A DNA stretch of 42,771 nt from Candidatus Omnitrophota bacterium (GTDB lineage: Bacteria; Omnitrophota; Gorgyraeia; Zapsychrales; Fredricksoniimonadaceae). Made by a program: the position numbers and the translations under genes. The stretch spans positions 1 to 42,771 of the forward strand of contig JADFXX010000014.1 of assembly GCA_015233335.1 (NCBI GenBank), written 5' to 3'. Each line of letters starts with the position of its first letter. Position 1 is the stretch's first letter. Shown here piece by piece: positions 17,902 to 28,400 of this stretch. A model generated the notes under the pieces. It saw nothing but the letters and a program-made list of their open reading frames with translations, searched no databases and was not told the origin of the DNA.

Positions 17902-18817
17902 CAATAGCCGCCTGATGGACGCATTGCAAAGCACGGGCCACGGCTTGGGTTGGCATCAACATGCCACCCTCAGCTAAATTGACACGCCAGCCCTTCGGAG
18001 TATAAAAAATCCCGATACGGACATTCTGGGTCAGCGGCCCATCGCAGGCGATCACGTGAATGTGGGCAATTTTTCTCTTGGCGTCATATAAAATATCCTT
18101 AAAAGCAACCGCCACACCATCCGCTGAATAATCTTTAAAACTAAAATGATCCGGATCGAAATGATCAATGATATAAGTTTGCAAAAGAGTATCCTCCTTA
18201 AGCGGCACATCCCTGTGCTCTATTTTGGTCAGCACTAGTTCATAAAATTCGCTGCGGCCGCCTTCGACCCATTTCTTTTCAAATTTAGTGGAATAGCTCG
18301 CAGGGATCTTTTTGAACTCCGCCTTAAAACCGGTATCCCCGACGTTATCTTGCGTCCAGGCGATATAGGGATAATGGTCTGTTACGATCTTCAAAACACC
18401 CCCCGCCACCAGACGCGAATTGACCAGCTTCAAAAAATTGCCGGTAAAAAGCCTGTGTTTAGCATCAGATTTTTTGGCCCACGGCGGCGGGTAAAGACAA
18501 TGCACGCGCTCGATCGTCAAAGGACTGATATAGCGCTCAAAACCAGCCCGCGCATCCAACCTCAGGACTCTCACATTGTCTAAACCACCGCGGCTTAATT
18601 TACGCAAGGTCCTGTGAATACGTTCGCAATACTGCTCAAATCCCAGATAGTTGACTCGCGGGTTTTCTTGGCTTAATCTTTCCAGATACTCCCCGTTACC
18701 AAAACCGATTTCCACCTCCAACGGGTGGCTGTTGGCAAAGACCGCGTGCCAGTCCGTCGGACGTCTCAATTGGCCATGATTCAAAAAAGGCTTTAATGAA
18801 ATATAAAAAGGCTTCAT
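17894..18817 (-). CDS. trmB: tRNA (guanine46-N7)-methyltransferase with C-terminal extension
   Basis: EVEIGFGNG, PPPWAKKSDAKHRL, TDHYPY, TKFEKKW. Confidence 0.9.
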   Translation of the reverse strand: MKPFYISLKPFLNHGQLRRPTDWHAVFANSHPLEVEIGFGNGEYLERLSQENPRVNYLGFEQYCERIHRTLRKLSRGGLDNVRVLRLDARAGFERYISPLTIERVHCLYPPPWAKKSDAKHRLFTGNFLKLVNSRLVAGGVLKIVTDHYPYIAWTQDNVGDTGFKAEFKKIPASYSTKFEKKWVEGGRSEFYELVLTKIEHRDVPLKEDTLLQTYIIDHFDPDHFSFKDYSADGVAVAFKDILYDAKRKIAHIHVIACDGPLTQNVRIGIFYTPKGWRVNLAEGGMLMPTQAVARALQCVHQAAIDG

Positions 18818-19233
18818 GACACGGGTTGGGCGCCCGGCAGGGACTTGACCATGGGCCAGCCGCGGCCGATCAGTTTACCGTCCTTGTATACCAGCGGCAT
18901 TAACTCATCATCACTGACTACCCCGTCAGACTTACGTATAGACGAAACGTAGTACTCGATCATGTGCCCCGAACCTTTGATCTCCTGGACTTTATAGGGA
19001 TTGAGGATGGTCAACGGCTTATAGTCCGTAGACTGATAAGTATAGCCAATAACCAGTTCTTGCCCCATGATCTTATGGACTTCTTCCGGCGTCATGCCCT
19101 CTTTGACTTCTTTTAAAGAATTTTCATTTAAGAGCAATACAGGATGTGTGGACGCCTGCATGGGATTATACACAGGGGTTGAAGCACAGCCGGCTAAAAC
19201 TAACAGTGAAAATACAATCCAGACATAACGCAT
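18814..19233 (-). CDS. Lipoprotein (DUF3192/SmpA-like)
   Basis: MRYVWIVFSLLVLAG-C lipobox; GMTPEEV..IMG, PLVYKDGKLIGRGW. Confidence 0.8.
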   Translation of the reverse strand: MRYVWIVFSLLVLAGCASTPVYNPMQASTHPVLLLNENSLKEVKEGMTPEEVHKIMGQELVIGYTYQSTDYKPLTILNPYKVQEIKGSGHMIEYYVSSIRKSDGVVSDDELMPLVYKDGKLIGRGWPMVKSLPGAQPVS

Positions 19234-19276
19234 ATCATTTCCTTTATTTTTCAAATGGGAGACGTCCCTATTTATT

Positions 19277-19305
19277 TTCATAATTGCATGGTTTTGTATT
19301 ATAAT
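19277..19305 (+). promoter_or_regulatory. Putative sigma70 promoter for sixA
   Basis: TTCATA-17 nt-TATAAT, 20 nt before the ATG. Confidence 0.5.
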
Positions 19306-19325
19306 ACCTTAAAGGGGATTTTGCT

Positions 19326-19856
19326 ATGGAACTTTATTTCTTAAGGCATGCTCTTGCGGCCCAGCGCGATAGTATCAAATACAAAGATGACACCAAGCGT
19401 CCTTTGACAGCAGAGGGAGAGCAAAAAATGCAACGCTGTGCCCATGGTATGCAGGCACTTGGGCTTACATTTGATACCATTCTCTGCAGCCCTTACGTAC
19501 GTGCCAGACAAACCGCAGAAATCGTGGCTCGGGTTTTTAAATTAAAAAAAACGATCCTCCATTTGACCAACAATCTTATCCCCGACGCCCCTTTTGAAAA
19601 ATTAGTACTTGAGGTCCGTACTGATTTCCCCGATTCCAAAAATCTCCTTTTTGTCGGCCACCAACCGCATTTGGCCGACTTAATTTCTTATATCTTAAAT
19701 ACCGAAAAACCGATCCCCTTTGATCTAAAAAAAAGCGGGCTTTGTCACTTAAGCCAGCTGCCCGCTATTGGTCAAGACAATGCTGTCTTCAATTGGCTTC
19801 TCACTCCTTCCCAGTTATGCCTGATGGTCCCGGGTTCATCTAAAAAAGGATTATAA
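19326..19856 (+). CDS. sixA: Phosphohistidine phosphatase SixA
   Basis: LYFLRHA, RPLT..G, SPYVRARQTAE, VGHQP. Confidence 0.9.
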   Translation: MELYFLRHALAAQRDSIKYKDDTKRPLTAEGEQKMQRCAHGMQALGLTFDTILCSPYVRARQTAEIVARVFKLKKTILHLTNNLIPDAPFEKLVLEVRTDFPDSKNLLFVGHQPHLADLISYILNTEKPIPFDLKKSGLCHLSQLPAIGQDNAVFNWLLTPSQLCLMVPGSSKKGL

Positions 19857-20271
19857 CTGCGGTTCCCAAAATGATAAAACCTGCGCCTAAAACAACTTGC
19901 CAGGTCAGATGTTCCCCTAAAAATAGAACTCCTAAGATAATCGCGAAAGCGACGCTTAATTTGTCTATGGGCGCCACCTTGGAAACCGGCCCCAGGCTCA
20001 GAGCGCGATAATAACATATCCAAGAAAGCCCCGTGGCCATTCCTGAAAGAACCAGAAAGACCCATGTTTTCATGGCCGTATTCCCCGCCCACTGCCATTG
20101 TTGACGCCATACAAGAATACCCGTAGTCATGATCAGAACCACCAGGGTACGGATAAATGTGGCCAGGTTAGAATTAATATTCATAACACCCATTTTACCG
20201 AAAAGGGCCGTAAGCCCGGCAAAGAAAGCCGAGGCCAAAGCAAAAAATTCCCAACGGGCGTACCATTTCAT
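19840..20271 (-). CDS. EamA/DMT-family small transporter
   Basis: About 5 TM segments; FGKMG, SNLATFIRT, SKVAPIDKLSV, LGE. Confidence 0.9.
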   Translation of the reverse strand: MKWYARWEFFALASAFFAGLTALFGKMGVMNINSNLATFIRTLVVLIMTTGILVWRQQWQWAGNTAMKTWVFLVLSGMATGLSWICYYRALSLGPVSKVAPIDKLSVAFAIILGVLFLGEHLTWQVVLGAGFIILGTAVIILF

Positions 20272-20275
20272 CGAA

Positions 20276-21184
20276 TTACCCCATTAATTTCAGCCAACTG
20301 TTAAATTTGTCCTCAAGTATCCTGATCTCTTCCGGATTAAGCAGCTGCTCTAGAAAATCCTTGTACTCAAAGTCCTCAAATTTCTTATTGTGACGTCCAA
20401 CGACGAGAATGTCGAGGCTGGAATATTTAAAACGACGGTTGGCAGAAATAACAAAAAGAAAATTGTCCCGGTCGAATTTCCCGTCAACAGACGTCACCGC
20501 AAAAGACAATAAAATGTCCCCCCTGACATAAAGCGGTGTGGCTTGATCCACGCTAAAAGAAACATCAGGGGATTTGTCTTTAACAAAAACAAGGGCGTCC
20601 TGAATATCTAACACATGGTATTCGGGAAGATCTTTTAATTTCGCATATTTATGAAAGCTGGGGTCGATCAGATACGCTTCATGGATCGCATGATTCGCCA
20701 TGATAAGCACAATATGATTCGACCTGTCCGCCGAAAAAAAACCCGCTTCCGTGACCCTAGCAAATTTGACCTCAAATCGGGCATCCAGGAGGGGTTTAAT
20801 TTTTTCATATAGATACGTGGCCAGTTCCGCGCAAAGTCCATAACGACCTTGCTCTAAAACAATCCCTCCTTGTTTATCATACTCATGGATGTTCTGCAGG
20901 GTCCATGTCCGTGCGGAGAAATCGACGCCCAATTTGACCTGCGGCTTGACCATGACCGGGAGTCCTGAATATTCCAATGACTGGATCATTTGCATGATCT
21001 CATCATAAAATGGGAGATCATTTTTGATCGAATTCTTGGGAGAAACAAGACGTTCCTCACAAACGCCCATATTCGGTAAGCTCATGGCCGCGATGAACAG
21101 GACAGACAAAATGACATCCTTAACGCAGTTACACATAAAATTAATATAAGACACCCTTAGGCGGTTAACAATATTTATTTTCAA
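20276..21184 (-). CDS. Hypothetical exported protein with transglutaminase/NAT-like Cys-His-Asp triad (start uncertain)
   Basis: N-terminal hydrophobic stretch; GLCAELA, NHIVL, YLIDPS. Confidence 0.65.
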   Translation of the reverse strand: MKINIVNRLRVSYINFMCNCVKDVILSVLFIAAMSLPNMGVCEERLVSPKNSIKNDLPFYDEIMQMIQSLEYSGLPVMVKPQVKLGVDFSARTWTLQNIHEYDKQGGIVLEQGRYGLCAELATYLYEKIKPLLDARFEVKFARVTEAGFFSADRSNHIVLIMANHAIHEAYLIDPSFHKYAKLKDLPEYHVLDIQDALVFVKDKSPDVSFSVDQATPLYVRGDILLSFAVTSVDGKFDRDNFLFVISANRRFKYSSLDILVVGRHNKKFEDFEYKDFLEQLLNPEEIRILEDKFNSWLKLMG

Positions 21185-21246
21185 AAGCTCAGGCGCGATT
21201 AAAAGTATTTGCTCCGGGCCTTAAATGTATGCTATAAAATACCCCT

Positions 21247-23754
21247 GTGCAAACCATAACCCCCATGGTCAAACAATATCGTGCAATCAAGGCCCGCCAT
21301 CAGGACGCCATTCTTTTCTTTCGTCTAGGCGACTTTTACGAAATGTTCTTTGAAGATGCCACACAGGCCTCCGCTCTCCTTGATCTGGTGCTGACCTCGC
21401 GAGGGTCGGATGTCTCCGGCCGTATCCCCATGTGCGGTGTCCCTTATCATTCCAGCGACAACTACATCGCCAAGCTCATTAAAGCAGGAAAAAAAGTTGC
21501 CATCTGCGAACAAATGGAAGACCCTGCCCTAAGCCAAGGTATCGTTAAACGCGATGTCATCCGCATTATCAGCGCCGGGACATATTTGGACGAATCTACG
21601 GATTCGCGTTATCTTCTAGCTCTTGTTCCCGGGAGCACTTTCGGGGCCGCTTTTATCGATAATTCCGGCGGAACTATTTTTGCCAATGAACTGCCAGCCT
21701 CCTCGATCATTGAACTTTTAGCCAAACTCCCCGTTTGTGAATGCATCTATCCTCAAGCCCAGGAAGAAGCCCTCAAAGATCTGTTTGCCCATCCATTAGT
21801 CAAAATGCGTGCTATTACTCTAAGCCCTTTGGACGATTGGATTTTTAACAGGGACTCAGGGTTAAAGCGCTTGTGTGATCATCTGGGTACGTCGAGCCTC
21901 AAAGGCTTTGGTGTTGATGATCTGCCTTTGGCGCAGTCAGCCGCAGGTGCTTTGCTGGAATATTTAAAAACCATGAATAAAACCAGTCTTAAGCATATTG
22001 ACAAGATCGCTCTTTATGCCAAGGATGACCATGTCTTTATTTCTCCAGCCGCGCATTATGGCCTGGAGTTAGAGTCCTTGACCGAGACCCTTGATTTGAC
22101 TGCTACTTCCATGGGGCGCAGGGCTTTTCGTTATTGGCTGTACCATCCGCTCAAAGACATCTCGGCCATCCAGCTGCGCCAGCAAGCAGCCAAAGAATTG
22201 GTCAATATCCCTCGGCTCGGAGAATGTTTAAAGAATTTGCCTGATTTACAAAAAGCCCTCTCCCGCCTTTCCTGCGGCTGCGGCTCTATCAAAGATATCC
22301 TGAGTCTGCGTCAAGGCCTATTGCGAGTCCCTTTGATCGCTGAAACGCTGGGCAACAGTTCAAATCCGCTTTTAGAAATTCAAGACCTGCCTTCTTTGCG
22401 CGAATTATTGACTAAAACTATCAATCCCGACGTGCCACTCTCCAAGCCTGAAGGTAAAATGGTACAGCCGGGAATTGATAAAGATTTAGATGAACTTAAA
22501 AACATCCTGGAAAACGGAAGGCAGTGGCTCGCCCATTATCAGGCAGAAGAGATCAAAAAAACCGGTATATCGTCGCTTAAGGTCGGCTTCAATAATATTT
22601 TTGGCTTTTATATCGAGATCACCAAAACCCATCAGAAAAACGCACCTGCTCACTATGTGCGCAAACAAACCCTGGTCAACGGCGAGCGTTATATCACCCA
22701 GGAGCTCAAAGAATACGAAGAAAAGTTTTTAACCGCCCAGGATAAAATCTTAACCATCGAAAAAACCATTATTCGCCGCATCGAAACCGAAATCTTGTCT
22801 CAAGCGGCCTCTTTGCACCAAGTCTGCCACCAATTAGCCACTCTTGACTGTTTAAATGTTTTCGCTGGGCTGTCTATGTGGACCGGTTATATTTTTCCTG
22901 AAGTTAATGCCTCGACTGTTTTGGACATCAAGGACGGCCGTCATCCGGTTGTTGAAAAAACAGTAACGGACAACTTCATCGCCAACAGCACACTTTTGGA
23001 TACCAACGACAATCACCTGATCATTTTAACCGGCCCCAACATGGCAGGCAAATCTACCTACATCCGACAAAGCGCAATTTTAGTCCTTTTGGCCCAAATG
23101 GGCTCCCCCATCCCTGCGGCCTCGGCTTCAATCGGGATTGTAGACAAAATTTTTACCCGTATCGGCGCCCATGATGATATCGCCCAAGGTCAAAGCACGT
23201 TTATGGTTGAAATGACAGAGACGGCTGATATTCTCAATAATCTAACTCCGCGTTCATTAGTCATTCTTGATGAGATCGGCCGCGGGACCTCCACTTCTGA
23301 CGGATTAAGTCTGGCTTGGGGTCTAGCCGAACATTTGCATACATCCTGTACGCGCACACTTTTTGCTACGCATTTCCATGAATTGACAGCCCTGGCCGAC
23401 CGCCTGCCGGGTGTTAAAAATTACAATGTCGCTGTGCGCGAATGGAAGGACAAGATCATTTTTATGCATAAAATCGTTCCCGGCGGCTCGGATGATTCTT
23501 ATGGTATTTATGTGGCGAAGCTCGCCGGGATTCCGGAATCAGTGATCAAACGTTCAAAAGAAATCCTTTGCGAATTAGAGATCGGCACCCCAAACCCCTA
23601 CGCTCAAAAAGACAAACAATTAAACCTTTTTGTCCCAACTCCGCAACCGGTCATGGATGAGGTGCGTGCAAGTTTGGAAAAAATTGACATCAACACCTTG
23701 ACACCTATGGAAGCATTAAAAAAACTGGATGAACTAAAACGTAAATTACTATAA
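21247..23754 (+). CDS. mutS: DNA mismatch repair protein MutS
   Basis: TPMVKQY, GDFYEMF, TGPNMAGKSTY, STFMVEM, DEIGRGTS, ATHFHEL. Confidence 0.98.
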   Translation: MQTITPMVKQYRAIKARHQDAILFFRLGDFYEMFFEDATQASALLDLVLTSRGSDVSGRIPMCGVPYHSSDNYIAKLIKAGKKVAICEQMEDPALSQGIVKRDVIRIISAGTYLDESTDSRYLLALVPGSTFGAAFIDNSGGTIFANELPASSIIELLAKLPVCECIYPQAQEEALKDLFAHPLVKMRAITLSPLDDWIFNRDSGLKRLCDHLGTSSLKGFGVDDLPLAQSAAGALLEYLKTMNKTSLKHIDKIALYAKDDHVFISPAAHYGLELESLTETLDLTATSMGRRAFRYWLYHPLKDISAIQLRQQAAKELVNIPRLGECLKNLPDLQKALSRLSCGCGSIKDILSLRQGLLRVPLIAETLGNSSNPLLEIQDLPSLRELLTKTINPDVPLSKPEGKMVQPGIDKDLDELKNILENGRQWLAHYQAEEIKKTGISSLKVGFNNIFGFYIEITKTHQKNAPAHYVRKQTLVNGERYITQELKEYEEKFLTAQDKILTIEKTIIRRIETEILSQAASLHQVCHQLATLDCLNVFAGLSMWTGYIFPEVNASTVLDIKDGRHPVVEKTVTDNFIANSTLLDTNDNHLIILTGPNMAGKSTYIRQSAILVLLAQMGSPIPAASASIGIVDKIFTRIGAHDDIAQGQSTFMVEMTETADILNNLTPRSLVILDEIGRGTSTSDGLSLAWGLAEHLHTSCTRTLFATHFHELTALADRLPGVKNYNVAVREWKDKIIFMHKIVPGGSDDSYGIYVAKLAGIPESVIKRSKEILCELEIGTPNPYAQKDKQLNLFVPTPQPVMDEVRASLEKIDINTLTPMEALKKLDELKRKLL

Positions 23755-25475
23755 TGTCTCGAGTCAACATTCTCCCCCCAGATGTAATTGCCAAGATTGC
23801 CGCCGGAGAAGCGGTCGACCGGCCGGCTTCTGTAGTCAAAGAACTTCTGGAAAATGCCCTTGACGCCGGTGCTACCAGCATTGAAATCTACCTCAAAGAA
23901 GCCGGACGTGAATTGATCCACATCAAAGACAACGGTTCAGGCATCCCTCATGATGACCTGGAAAAAATCTTTGGGCGCCATGCCACAAGCAAAATTACTG
24001 CCATCGAAGATCTGGAGAACCTGCATTCAATGGGTTTCCGAGGCGAAGCCTTATATTCGATCGCCGCAGTCAGCGATGTCCTGCTCACTTCACGCACCTT
24101 GGAAAAAGAAGGCTGGCAAATTCATTTAAGAGGCGGAATCCGCCAGAATCTTGAGCCTGCCAGTCTTGCCCACACTGGTACGAACATCAAAATCACTGAG
24201 CTATTCTTTAACACTCCGGCCCGACGCAAGTTCCTTAAAAACAATAGCTCAGAATTAAATCAGATCATCAATATCGTGCTTCCTTATACCTTGATTCATC
24301 CTGAGAAACGTTTTCTACTGACCCATGCCGGACGCAGTATATTAGATCTACGCAGCGCCCCCTCGCGCATAGACCGGATGGCCGCGGCCCTGAATATAGA
24401 CATGCACCATTTGCTTTCGACCGATCAAGAATTCGTCGAAGAAAAGATCCGCGTACGCATGATCTTAGGCGATATCAATATCCAACGCCCCCGCCGGGAT
24501 ATGCAGTTTATTTTTATCAATGATCGTCCTGTTGAGAGCAAAAACCTGAGTTTCAATCTTAATGACGTATACAAGCTTATTTTGTCACCGGGAGTGTACG
24601 GCGCTTTTATGATCGATATTGGATTAGATCCATCCCATGTAGATGTCAATATCCATCCCACCAAACGTGAAGTCAGGCTTAAAGATGAGGGCCGCCTTAT
24701 TTCGATATTGCGCCGCATGACAGAATACCAGCTCATGCAAAAAGGTCAGGCAAAAGAATTTTCCCTTCCCCCGCAAGAAGGAGGATTGCCGGCTAATCAA
24801 ATGATCTTTGCTCCCGGACAATTACAAGCAAACTTTAATCCGGGAGCTTACGCTCATACAAAAGATACCGGTCTTCCTCTGGATTTTCAACTTTTCGGCC
24901 GTGAAAACACCCTGCGTTTTAAATTTGAAAAAAGCCGATTTGTAGGAAATTTTCTGCAGAAATACCTGATCTTTGAGGCGGATGAATCGCTGTTGATCGT
25001 TGACCAGCATGCGGCACAAGAACGCATCATGTTTGAGGAATTTAAGAATCAAATCGAAAAATCTCAGGTTGAAAGCCAACCCTTGCTGACACCTATACTA
25101 CTTAGATTGACACCGCAGGAAAAAATTGCGTGGGAAGAAAACCAGGAGAGATTGGCTTTAGCCGGTATTGAATCCACTCAGTTTGATCAAGACACCATTG
25201 CCCTGCAAACCCAACCGCTTTTGCTTAAAAATATCGAAATGGTCGTGCGCACCCTTTTAGCCGGAGGGGAAACTCCCCGCTTAGACATAGATACTTTAGC
25301 CCGCCGCGCCTGTAAAGCTTCAATTACAGCCGGGGACAAACTAGACAGCTCCCAAGCTGATCACCAGCGCAAAGAATTACTCAAATGTGTCGATCCTTTT
25401 ACTTGCCCCCATGGCCGCCCGACAGTCATTGAAGTAACCCGAGACTTTCTCGACCGCCAATTTCTGCGTTCTTAA
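23754..25475 (+). CDS. mutL: DNA mismatch repair protein MutL (endonuclease-type)
   Basis: IAAGE, KELLENALDAG, GFRGEAL, DVNIHPTK, DQHAAQER, CPHGRP. Confidence 0.98.
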   Translation: MSRVNILPPDVIAKIAAGEAVDRPASVVKELLENALDAGATSIEIYLKEAGRELIHIKDNGSGIPHDDLEKIFGRHATSKITAIEDLENLHSMGFRGEALYSIAAVSDVLLTSRTLEKEGWQIHLRGGIRQNLEPASLAHTGTNIKITELFFNTPARRKFLKNNSSELNQIINIVLPYTLIHPEKRFLLTHAGRSILDLRSAPSRIDRMAAALNIDMHHLLSTDQEFVEEKIRVRMILGDINIQRPRRDMQFIFINDRPVESKNLSFNLNDVYKLILSPGVYGAFMIDIGLDPSHVDVNIHPTKREVRLKDEGRLISILRRMTEYQLMQKGQAKEFSLPPQEGGLPANQMIFAPGQLQANFNPGAYAHTKDTGLPLDFQLFGRENTLRFKFEKSRFVGNFLQKYLIFEADESLLIVDQHAAQERIMFEEFKNQIEKSQVESQPLLTPILLRLTPQEKIAWEENQERLALAGIESTQFDQDTIALQTQPLLLKNIEMVVRTLLAGGETPRLDIDTLARRACKASITAGDKLDSSQADHQRKELLKCVDPFTCPHGRPTVIEVTRDFLDRQFLRS

Positions 25476-28400
25476 TCAAGCTACGGGAGAACTCGCCTCT
25501 TCTTTTAAACCAAGAAGCATCCTCAAATTTGTGACCGGGAGAATAGATTCTATCCTAAACTCAAGCCCGTCAAATCCGCTGTGCTTGATGCGCTGTATCA
25601 TAGAGCGGTCAAACTGCATTTGCACCCCATTGGCATCCTTCCTGATATTCATCTGCATATTGGCACGGTTTAAATCGATACCACCGACCTCAGAAGGATT
25701 GCCATGCATGGCCTCATCAAGTTTTGCTTTCAAAGCCTTTCTTTCTGCACGGATACGGCTGCGATCGATCAACTTGGGCTCCATATTCTCCAAATCACCG
25801 ATCAGTTCATCCCAATTGTATGGGGTCCCGTCCAAAACCGTCTTCTTATCGCGCAAATCCTTAATGTCAACATCAATCGGATGCCGCGTCGTAAAAACCT
25901 CCCCCTTTGTGGTAAACAGCGTCCCCAAAACATCGCCCTGAGCTGTTGCCCCTATTCCATTGGCCGTATGAACCTCGTTAACATACGCATTCTTGGCGAT
26001 CGTTGCAACCTCCCCTTGAATATCACTGGAGACGATCACAACACCATCTTCGATGGTGATCTTATTCACCCCAGCGGGCGGCTTGATATCTAAATACGAA
26101 TCCTCGATACGTACATTATTTCCGATCACAAGCTCAACTCCTGCCGGAACCTTGATCTTACTATGCCGGATCACGTGTGTCCCTGTATAGCTGACCTGGC
26201 CTTCAATAGTTACGTCCGGCGCAACATCCCCCTGCAGGGGCCGGCCAAATAATCCGTTAAAAATATCTTTCATGTCCCCTTGGGCAGTTCCTTCATCCAA
26301 AATGCGCTTGGCTTCGGCCGGAGACCCTGCATCTGCCCATACAGGTCCAAAATCCACTCCGACCATACCCCCAGCCATTTTCTTGACTTCCTGGGCTAAA
26401 TTGTACAGATCTTCCCAATCCCGTTGGGTGTATGTTGTCGCTCTTTCTGCCCACACGTTTAGATCAGTAGTGTCTACGGTCTGCCCCTTCTTTGCTGCTT
26501 TATCTTGCGCGGCTGCCAAGGTTTTCCTGGCTGTTGCCCAATATTGATCCATCCATTTTTTCTTACCGGCTTCATTGGCCGCATAGCTCATCGGCGTCAA
26601 GATGTGCCCCGACCAGTCCGGCAAACTGTTAATCGGAAACTTGCCCGGCTCCAGCTGTCTGGCCCAAAAACTGCCATTGTTCTTTTCTGTAGGTCGCGAA
26701 TAAAGCTCGACCATCTTTTGCATCACATCCCGCCTGATCGTAAAATAGAACGTATTGGCGTAGGTCTTTCTTCCGCCGGCATCTAAAATTCTCTTGACCT
26801 TTGCGGCTAATGCGCTATTTTCTACCATTAATCGCTGCGCCTGTTCCTGCGCATTTCGCCATTCTTCTCGGGTCATCCCAGAAAACCTATCTGCACGCTT
26901 CCCAAAAAATTCTTTGTCCTTCTCCTTCTTTGTTTCTCCTTTAAAATTCCATACATCTGCCTTGACCACAAACGGTAATAACTGCGCGGCTAAATCTTCC
27001 CCTGCCAAGCTCATATACTTAAGCAGTTCTGCGCCTGCGGCTTGGCTCGTGATCCCCGCTACCTCGGCCTTCCGAGCGGCTTCATCTTCATTCGCATTCT
27101 CTAATGTGTTGCCCAATATTTTATAATTCAACTCCCACAAATCCGGCTTCTCAACAAACCCGTTGGGTTTCACCCTTCCCTCTTTATCTAATAACATCTG
27201 ACCTAAATCTGCTAATCCATACTGTACGGCAAAACCTTCTTCCAAAGCCGGGGTTCCCTTCGCATACAGATAAAATCCTTTTTTCCCGCTGTACTGCTTA
27301 AACATCTCTGCTCCCGGCAATATGACATTATCGCAGGGTACTACCACAAAATACTCCCCCGCAGGCAACCCATAGGCCAGCGCCTTCACCTGCTCAATTC
27401 CCTGCTCCAGCAATGACCGGCCATACAACACGATTTCGCCTTTGTTCCCGGCATTGACCGTTAACGATGCCGCACGAGTACCGCCGCCCGACTCCAAAGC
27501 GATCAAATGCACTCTGACCTTCCCCGCTTTGATATCATCTTCACTCATTGGAGTGGGAGCTAACTCATTTAATATTTTCTCTGCCAACGGCATAACACCC
27601 GGCACATTCCCCCAGTTATGTATGCCATCCGGTACCGAATATGCCCTCAAATATTTTGCCTGTCTAAATATTGACCCCGGATGTTCTGCATAATTTCTCG
27701 CGACCTCTGCCATCTCCTCTGCCGCACCGGCTCTGCCTTCCAGTCCTAATCCCTGAATCGTGATCCCAACCTCTAATTTCCCATCCTTGATAGCTTGCTC
27801 TTGATCGCCATTCATAATTGGAACCATGTTTAACGCGTCTTGAAGGGGTTTCGCAAGCATCGCCTTTTCGCCGCCTGGTATATTAACCGGTACTCGAGCT
27901 ACAAAGGTGTGTTCACTTCCCGGAAGTTCAGCTCCCACTGGCAGGCTTTGATGCCGTTTAATGACCTTTGACGGGTCACCATCAGGATAGACCTGCAGAC
28001 CGCCAGAAAAATACTTCCTAGGCTCTGTAGTTTGGGTGTTTTGGTCTGTCTCTTCTTTAATATAGTTGAACACCCCCTTCTTGTAAGCCTGTATATAGCG
28101 TTGAAAAATCTTGTCCTTCTCTGCCGGGTCATTGGCATTAATACCTACCTTGACCTTGCTTTGGTTACCATAGACCTGAGTTAAAAGAGCATCTTTAAGC
28201 GCCATCTTATACCAGCTGGCTAAAATCATGGAATAAAACATTTGCCGCAAAGGAACAAAATTAGCCCCTTGATTGACTTCCTTTTCAAGTTCAGGAAGGA
28301 CAACTTCACGCAGGACCTGAGAGCTTAAAGAATGCGAATTTTGAGTTTCATCACTATTAATATGCTTGCTAAGCGCCTTATAATCCTCTTCCAACATGAC

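Noticed and set aside
21230-21249. Leaderless mutS transcript (TAAAAT 6 nt before the GTG)
   Set aside because: Plausible, but a short AT-rich match without a clear -35 box is too weak to call without TSS data.
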